Shown piece after piece: positions 25,856-32,000 of a stretch of 32,000 nucleotides of DNA. The DNA is taken from positions 120,001 through 152,000 of the forward strand of contig NC_014034.1 in assembly GCF_000021865.1 (NCBI RefSeq), given 5' to 3'. The notes under the pieces were generated by a model. That model searched no databases and had not been told where the DNA came from. It saw nothing but the letters and a program-made list of their open reading frames with translations. Numbering within the stretch: position 1 is the first letter of the stretch; each line of letters starts with the position of its first letter. The translations under genes and the position numbers were made by a program. The stretch is from Rhodobacter capsulatus SB 1003 (GTDB lineage Bacteria; Pseudomonadota; Alphaproteobacteria; Rhodobacterales; Rhodobacteraceae).

Positions 25856-28800
25856 TCAGTGGAAATCCCGGCTGGGGAAAAGCCGCTTGGCCTGTTCGCG
25901 CGGATGCTGCGCCCGGGGCGGCTGGCGGGCGGGCCGCGCCGGCGTGCGGGGGGCATCGTCGGCCTCGGGCCGGGTCTGGCCGATGGCGCCGTCCAGCGGG
26001 TGGCCCAGCTCGGAAAGCCGCGGTGACAGATCCTCGATCCGCTCGGCGATCAGATGCACCACGATCCCCTCGCGTTCCAGCCGCCCGGTGACACGAAGCA
26101 GCCGCCCGCCCATCACGGCACGGCGAAAACGCTCGTAGACCTTGGGCCAGACGACGATATTCGCGACGCCGGTTTCGTCTTCGAGGGTCAGGAAGATCAC
26201 CCCAGAGGCGGTGCCGGGGCGCTGGCGGGTGATCACCAGACCGCAGACGGCGGTGCGCTGCAGTGGCGCCGTCACCAGCCGGTCGTGGCAGGTCAGACCG
26301 GGCAGGCCGGGGCGCAAAAGCTCCATCGGATGAGCGCGCAGGGTCAGGCGCAGGGCGATGTAATCCTCGACCACCTCCTCGCCCAGATGCATCGGCGGCA
26401 GGGTCACGGCGGGCTCGATCCCGCCCTCGCCATCCAGCGGATTGGCGAAAAGGGGCAGGGGCTTCGGCGCCCGGATCGCCCGCACCGCCCAAAGCGCATC
26501 CCGCCGCGTCAGGCCAAGACCCGCGAAAGCATCCGCCTCGGCCAGCCGCTCGAGCGGGCTGGGCAAGAGCCCCGCGCGCAGCCACAGGCTTTCGACATCC
26601 GGGTAGCCATTGCCGCGCGCGGCGACGATCCAGCCCGCATCCTCGGCGCGAAAGCCCTTGATCTGCCGAAAGCCCAGCCGCAGCGCCAGCCGCCCGTCGG
26701 CCCGCCGCTCCAGCGCATTGTCCCAGTCGGAACGGTTCACGCAAATCGGCCGCACCTCCACCCCATGCTCGCGCAGATCGCGCACGATCTGCGCCGGGGC
26801 GTAAAAGCCCATCGGCTGGGAATTGAGCAAAGCGCAGGCGAAGATCTCGGGGTGGTGGCATTTCAGCCAGGACGAGACATAGGTCAGCATCGCGAAAGCT
26901 GCAGCATGGCTTTCGGGGAAACCGTAATCGGCAAAGCCCTCGATCTGGGCGAAACAGGCCTCGGCCACGGCGAGCGGATAGCCGCGCTCGGTCATGCCGG
27001 AGACAAAGCGGTCGCGATGCGCGCCGATCGTGCCCATGCGCCGGAACGAGGCGAGCGAGCGGCGCAGCTGATCGGCCTCTTCGGCGGAATAGCCCGCGCC
27101 GACGACGGCAATCTGCATCGCCTGTTCCTGAAACAGCGGCACGCCGAGGGTTTTGGCCGTCACCGCAGCCAGCGCGGGGCCAAAGGGTTCGGGCGCCTCC
27201 AGCCCCTGACGGCGGCGGATATAGGGTTTGACCATGCCGCCCTGAATCGGGCCGGGGCGGACGATCGCCACCTCGATCACCAGATCGTAGAAGGTGGCGG
27301 GCTTCATCCGCGGCAGGAAATTCATCTGCGCCCGGCTTTCGACCTGAAACACCCCCACCGCATCGGCGCGCGTCAGCATCGCATAGGTGGCGGGGTCTTC
27401 CTGTGGTACCTTGGCCAGATCCAGCCGCAACCCCTTGTGGCGTTCCAGCAGATCGAAGCTTTTGCGCAGGCAGGTCAGCATGCCAAGGCTGAGCACATCG
27501 ACCTTGAGGATGCCGAGCGCGTCGATGTCGTCCTTGTCCCATTCGATGCAGGTGCGCCCCTCCATCGCGGCGTTTTCGATCGGGCAGAGCGCGTCGAGCC
27601 GCCCGCGGGTGATGACGAAACCGCCGACATGTTGGCTCAGATGACGGGGAAAGCCGATGATCTCGGAAATCAGCCGGATCGTCAGCGCAAGGCGGCGGTC
27701 TTCGGGGTTGAGGCCGATCTCGCGCAGGCGGGCCGGATCGGCGCCGCGGTTCGACAGGCCCCAGATCTGCCCCGCAAGCGCCGCGGTGACATCGGCCGAG
27801 AGGCCCATCACCTTGCCCACCTCGCGGATCGCGGCGCGGGTGCGGAAATGGATCACCGTGGCGCAAAGCCCGGCGCGGTCGCGGCCGTATTTCTCATAGA
27901 TCCACTGGATCACCTCCTCGCGGCGTTCATGTTCGAAATCGACGTCGATATCGGGCGGCTCGCCGCGATGGCGCGAGATGAAGCGTTCAAACACCATGCC
28001 GATCATGTCGGGGGAAACATCCGTGATCCCAAGCAGATAGCACAGGATCGAATTGGCGGCCGAGCCGCGCCCCTGACAAAGGATGCCGCGCGAGCGGGCG
28101 AATTGCACGATGTCCTGCACGGTCAGGAAATAGGGCGCATAGCCGAGTTCCCCGACCAGGCCGAGTTCCTTGGCCAGCAGTTGATGCACCCGCTCGGACG
28201 CGCCCTGCGGGTAACGCCGGGCCAATCCCTCCTGCGCCAGCCGTTCCAGCCGGGCCTGCGGCGGTTCGGTGTCATCCTCGCCGGGGTAATCATAGCTGAG
28301 TTCCGCAAGGTCAAAGGCGCAACGCGCGGCAATCTCCAGCGTGCGGCGGATCGCGGCGGGGTGGTGACGAAAGAGCCGCGCCATCTCGGCCGGGCCTTTC
28401 AGGCGGCGCTCGGCATTGGGCAGCGCCCGGGTGCCGATGGCGTCGATGGTCAGCCCCGCGCGCAGGCAGGTCAGCACATCGGCCAAGGGGCGGCGGGCGG
28501 CGCGGTGCATCAGCACGTCGCCCACCGCCACCATCGGCGTCGAGGCCCGCAGGGCGAGATCGGCGCAGCCGCGAAACCAGGCCTGATCGGTGCCGTCATA
28601 GCGCGGCGCGGCGCCGAGAAAGACCTGGCCGGGAAACTGCCGCTGCAGCCGGTGCAAGGGCGCCAGCGCGAGGGCCAGCTCGGGCGGCGGCAGGGCGATC
28701 AGGATCAGCCCGGCCCCGCCCGCGACCAGATCGTCAAGGTTCAGGGCGCAATCGCCCTTGCCAGCCCGCCGCTTGCCAAGGGTGAGAAGCTGCGAGAGCC

Positions 28801-29206
28801 GCTCATAGGCCGGGCGGTCGGTCGGCAGAGCCAGAAATTCCGTCGCGCAATCGCGCAGGGCCAGCCGCGTGCCGATGATCAGCCGCGGCAGATCCGGGGT
28901 TTCGGGCCGGGGCAGCGGCGCGGCGGGGTCGAGGCTTTGGCGCGAGGAGGGATCGGTCCGGCTGGCCGAACGGATGCGCAAAGCCTCGGTCTCCTGCCGC
29001 AGGGTTTTCAGCGCCGAAAAGGCCCGCACCACCCCGGCCAGCGAATTGCGGTCGGTGATCGCGATGGCCGCCAGCCCCAGCTCGGCGGCCCGGGCCACCA
29101 GTTCCTCGGGGTGGGAGGCGCCGGTCAGAAAGGTGAAATTCGAGGTCACGCAGAGCTCGGCATAGGCGGTGGAATTTTGCGTATTTGGGCCAGGAAAAAC
29201 GTTCAT
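25856..29206 (-). CDS. dnaE2: Error-prone DNA polymerase III alpha-type subunit DnaE2 (ImuC)
   Basis: N-terminal PHP domain YAELCVTSNFTFLTGASHPEELV, about 1116 aa, with polymerase-core similarity throughout. ATG 29204-29206 forms an ATGA overlap with the imuB stop. The longer frame to 29338 is Arg-rich. Confidence 0.93.
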   Translation of the reverse strand: MNVFPGPNTQNSTAYAELCVTSNFTFLTGASHPEELVARAAELGLAAIAITDRNSLAGVVRAFSALKTLRQETEALRIRSASRTDPSSRQSLDPAAPLPRPETPDLPRLIIGTRLALRDCATEFLALPTDRPAYERLSQLLTLGKRRAGKGDCALNLDDLVAGGAGLILIALPPPELALALAPLHRLQRQFPGQVFLGAAPRYDGTDQAWFRGCADLALRASTPMVAVGDVLMHRAARRPLADVLTCLRAGLTIDAIGTRALPNAERRLKGPAEMARLFRHHPAAIRRTLEIAARCAFDLAELSYDYPGEDDTEPPQARLERLAQEGLARRYPQGASERVHQLLAKELGLVGELGYAPYFLTVQDIVQFARSRGILCQGRGSAANSILCYLLGITDVSPDMIGMVFERFISRHRGEPPDIDVDFEHERREEVIQWIYEKYGRDRAGLCATVIHFRTRAAIREVGKVMGLSADVTAALAGQIWGLSNRGADPARLREIGLNPEDRRLALTIRLISEIIGFPRHLSQHVGGFVITRGRLDALCPIENAAMEGRTCIEWDKDDIDALGILKVDVLSLGMLTCLRKSFDLLERHKGLRLDLAKVPQEDPATYAMLTRADAVGVFQVESRAQMNFLPRMKPATFYDLVIEVAIVRPGPIQGGMVKPYIRRRQGLEAPEPFGPALAAVTAKTLGVPLFQEQAMQIAVVGAGYSAEEADQLRRSLASFRRMGTIGAHRDRFVSGMTERGYPLAVAEACFAQIEGFADYGFPESHAAAFAMLTYVSSWLKCHHPEIFACALLNSQPMGFYAPAQIVRDLREHGVEVRPICVNRSDWDNALERRADGRLALRLGFRQIKGFRAEDAGWIVAARGNGYPDVESLWLRAGLLPSPLERLAEADAFAGLGLTRRDALWAVRAIRAPKPLPLFANPLDGEGGIEPAVTLPPMHLGEEVVEDYIALRLTLRAHPMELLRPGLPGLTCHDRLVTAPLQRTAVCGLVITRQRPGTASGVIFLTLEDETGVANIVVWPKVYERFRRAVMGGRLLRVTGRLEREGIVVHLIAERIEDLSPRLSELGHPLDGAIGQTRPEADDAPRTPARPARQPPRAQHPREQAKRLFPSRDFH

Positions 29207-30666
29207 GCGAATTCGCCCTGCACGAACCAGCCGGGGTTTTGCGGCGTGAAGAAGAGCCAGAGCCGGCGGCCCTCGGCGGTGTCCACCCGCCAGTAATCGC
29301 GCAGCCCGTGCCGCCAGCTGTCGTCGTCGAGCCACCATTCCGGGGTGATCCGTTCCGGTCCGGTGGCGCGGGCGGTGCTGAGCGGCATGGCCCGCCAGCG
29401 GAAATGGCGCGGCGGGGTGGGGCCGGTCGCGCTGATCGGCTCGGGCGGAAAGAGCCGCAGGGGCCGCGGGCGGGGGGCATGAAACCCGCCCTGCGCGGTG
29501 CTGAAGGCCGCGGGGGCAATGAGGAAGCCGCGTTCGGGGATGTGGCTTTCGGCGGGCAGGAAGCGGTGGATGTTTTCAAGCCCGACCCGGGTGCCCAGCC
29601 TTGTGAGCAGGTCGGCCAGCCGGTCGGGGCTGGCGGCCGGGGTCGTGCCCAGCTGCGCGGGGGCGAGCGGCTCGACCCGGGTGGCCTCCAGCCGCAGTTG
29701 GTCGATGCCGAACCCCGCATCGACCCCGGCCAGACCGCGGACGAAAAGCGGCAGGATCCGGGCGGGGTCGCGCATCGGTGCGGCCAGACGCAATTCGACC
29801 TGCTGGCTCGCCTGATCGACGCGGCGCAAGGTCAGGACAAGCTGCCGGGCCCCGGCCTGATGCGCGGAAAGCTTGGCGCAAAGCGGCTCCAGCAGCCGGG
29901 TCAGCCCCGCCATCACGTCGCTTTCGAGCCCGATCGGCTCGGGCAGGGTCATCCGGGTGGCGAAGCGCGGCGGCTCGGTCGCGGGGGTGACGGGTTCGGG
30001 GCTGTGACCCAGCGCCTGATCGAGCCGGGTCAGCAGATCGGGGCCGAAGCGGCGGGCGAGCGGCGCGCGCGGGCTGGCGGCCAGATCGCCGATGCGGCGC
30101 AGCCCCAGCCGCTGCAGCCCGGTCACCGTGTCGGGGTCCAGCCGCAGTGCCGCGACGGGCAGGGCGAGCAGATCGGCTTCGGCGGCCGGATCACCGAAAT
30201 GCCCCCGCGCCCAGGCGGCGCCGCGGCTGTCCCCGCGACCGAGCTGCGCCGTGATCCCCGCCCGTTCGAGCCGCGCCCGGATGTCGGCGCACATCGCCCC
30301 CTCGCCGCCCCACAGATGCGCCGCGCCGGTGACATCGAGCACCAGACCGTCGGTGCCCTCCAACCCGACCCAGGGGCAATAGCGTTCCGCCCAGCGCCGC
30401 AGCCCGGCCAGAAACCGGGCGTCGAGATCGGGGCGGGCGGGGCGGCTGACCAGCCCCGGGCAGAAGCTGCGGGCATCGGCCATCCGCATGCCGCGGGAGA
30501 GACCGGCGGCCTCGGCCGCGGCGTTCAGGCAAAAAATCGTCTCGGCGCTGCCCAGCCGTTGCACCAGCGCGAAGGGCCCCTCGACCGGGCAGGCGCGCAG
30601 GGCCCGGTCAGTCGCCAGCCGGGGAAACCAGATCGAGACGATGCGCCTGCGCGTTCCAGCAAACAT
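29203..30666 (-). CDS. imuB: ImuB, Y-family-polymerase-like protein of the imuA-imuB-dnaE2 cassette
   Basis: N-terminal RRIVSIWFPRLATDRA and the ...LDVTGAAHLWGGE pattern typical of ImuB. Position between imuA and dnaE2. Confidence 0.88.
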   Translation of the reverse strand: MFAGTRRRIVSIWFPRLATDRALRACPVEGPFALVQRLGSAETIFCLNAAAEAAGLSRGMRMADARSFCPGLVSRPARPDLDARFLAGLRRWAERYCPWVGLEGTDGLVLDVTGAAHLWGGEGAMCADIRARLERAGITAQLGRGDSRGAAWARGHFGDPAAEADLLALPVAALRLDPDTVTGLQRLGLRRIGDLAASPRAPLARRFGPDLLTRLDQALGHSPEPVTPATEPPRFATRMTLPEPIGLESDVMAGLTRLLEPLCAKLSAHQAGARQLVLTLRRVDQASQQVELRLAAPMRDPARILPLFVRGLAGVDAGFGIDQLRLEATRVEPLAPAQLGTTPAASPDRLADLLTRLGTRVGLENIHRFLPAESHIPERGFLIAPAAFSTAQGGFHAPRPRPLRLFPPEPISATGPTPPRHFRWRAMPLSTARATGPERITPEWWLDDDSWRHGLRDYWRVDTAEGRRLWLFFTPQNPGWFVQGEFA

Positions 30667-31168
30667 TCCATGCGCCCAATGTTCCCATTTTGTTCTTTAT
30701 AATTTCCCACCGCATCGGAGTCGAGTCCGTGTCCGCGGCATCAAAGATCGGCGTCGCCCGCCAGCGCGTTTCGGCGGCATTCGAGCCCATGCCTTCCGGG
30801 ATCAGGCACAGCCCGGTCGTGGCCCCGGCCCCCGCCGCCAGCTGCAGCCGCCGCCCCTCGCGCAGATCAAGCGGGCGGGTGATTTCCAGAACGACAAGGG
30901 CGATGGTGCCGTCCTTCAGCGCCTCCTCGGCCAGGGCCAGACTGTCGATCTGGTTGGGCGGACGCGCCAGAAGCACCCGGGCGGGATCAAGAAAGGGCAA
31001 AAGCCCCAAGGGGTTGAGGGTTTCGGTCAGCCAGGCCTCGCGCAGCCACAGGAGCGGGCCTTGCAGACCGGCACCGACACAGGCGGCAAAGACGGCGGAG
31101 GAGGGGCCGCAGACCTCGTGGACGCGGCCCGGACGCAGCGGGAAACAGGGAAGATCGGCGCGGGACAT
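30608..31168 (-). CDS. imuA: ImuA-like (RecA-fold, SulA-like) protein of the SOS mutagenesis cassette
   Basis: The patterns RVHEVCG...PLLWL..., ALAEEALKDGTIALVVLE, RRLQLAAGAGATTGLCL, TRWRATP and the C-terminal W-x-I/V...G...W-x-V-x-W fit the ImuA family. ATG 31166-31168 is preferred over TTG 31186. It overlaps imuB by 59 nt. Confidence 0.75.
   Translation of the reverse strand: MSRADLPCFPLRPGRVHEVCGPSSAVFAACVGAGLQGPLLWLREAWLTETLNPLGLLPFLDPARVLLARPPNQIDSLALAEEALKDGTIALVVLEITRPLDLREGRRLQLAAGAGATTGLCLIPEGMGSNAAETRWRATPIFDAADTDSTPMRWEIIKNKMGTLGAWNVCWNAQAHRLDLVSPAGD
30681..30695 (-). promoter_or_regulatory. Alphaproteobacterial-type LexA (SOS) box, GTTC-N7-GTTC
   Basis: The plus strand reads GTTCCCATTTTGTTC; the minus strand reads GAACAAAATGGGAAC. 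This is an exact direct repeat of the tetramer with a 7-nt spacer, 14 nt upstream of the imuB ATG, in a locally AT-rich island. Confidence 0.6.
30696..30724 (-). promoter_or_regulatory. Candidate promoter of imuB-dnaE2 abutting the LexA box
   Basis: The minus strand reads TCGACT (30719-30724), a 17-nt spacer, then TATAAA (30696-30701), followed immediately by the LexA box. The plus strand also reads TATAAT at 30698-30703. Confidence 0.4.
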
Positions 31169-31180
31169 GCGGGCAGGGTA

Positions 31181-31213
31181 ACGCAAAACCCCGCCCTTTC
31201 CAACCGGGCGGGC
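31181..31213 (-). terminator. Intrinsic terminator of the upstream dehydrogenase gene
   Basis: The minus strand reads TAG-GCCCGCCC-GGTTGGAAA-GGGCGGGG-TTTTGCGT: a 7-bp GC stem, a 9-nt loop and a U-rich tail, starting right after the stop codon. Confidence 0.55.

Positions 31214-32000
<787 letters not shown>

Noticed and set aside
26054-29296. 1080-aa plus-strand ORF and 713-aa minus-strand out-of-frame ORF (25725-27866) over dnaE2
   Set aside because: Only the 25856-29206 minus-strand frame gives PHP and polymerase motifs. The others are low-complexity Arg/Pro/Gly translations.

Overview
GC-rich segment with strong GC3 bias. Gene content and synteny look alphaproteobacterial, possibly Rhodobacteraceae-like; the taxon is an inference. 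I call about 30 protein genes, one tRNA, and no rRNA, CRISPR array, transposase or integrase.

Layout, left to right:
(1) 1-4877, plus strand: tail of an AraC-type regulator, then rnd-kdsD-lptC-lptA-lptB, a 226-nt spacer, then hpf-ptsN. The rpoN gene that usually sits between lptB and hpf is absent.
(2) 4878-14772: an accessory-looking glycan cluster, mostly on the minus strand. It holds a two-domain sulfotransferase-like protein, a GT14 (Core-2/I-branching type) glycosyltransferase with a long unassigned C-terminal half, two tandem GT2-like paralogs, galE, galU, kdsB and the PAP phosphatase cysQ. A KpsM-like ABC-2 permease with no ATPase partner is transcribed divergently.
(3) 14777-19733: an orphan LacI-family regulator, tRNA-Arg(CCU), a YgiQ-family radical SAM gene and an RsmB/NOP-type RNA methyltransferase.
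(4) 19950-21444: two conserved proteins of unknown function.
(5) 21580-25837: a MacB/FtsX-type ABC pair transcribed divergently from an alkaline phosphatase and a small Tat-exported CxxC protein.
(6) 25856-31168, minus strand: the imuA-imuB-dnaE2 SOS mutagenesis cassette, followed by the 3' part of a 3-hydroxyacyl-CoA dehydrogenase gene.

Most notable observations:
- An alphaproteobacterial-type LexA box (GTTC-N7-GTTC) and a -10-like element lie inside the AT-rich 3' coding end of imuA, immediately upstream of imuB.
- The sulfation-linked glycan cluster is inserted next to the LPS-transport locus.
- phoA sits inside a MacB-type ABC / CxxC-protein module that resembles metal-acquisition modules.

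All functional calls rest on motifs read from the translations and on recalled family knowledge. No database search was possible. The many long Arg/Pro/Gly-rich ORFs antisense to these genes are treated as GC-content artefacts.
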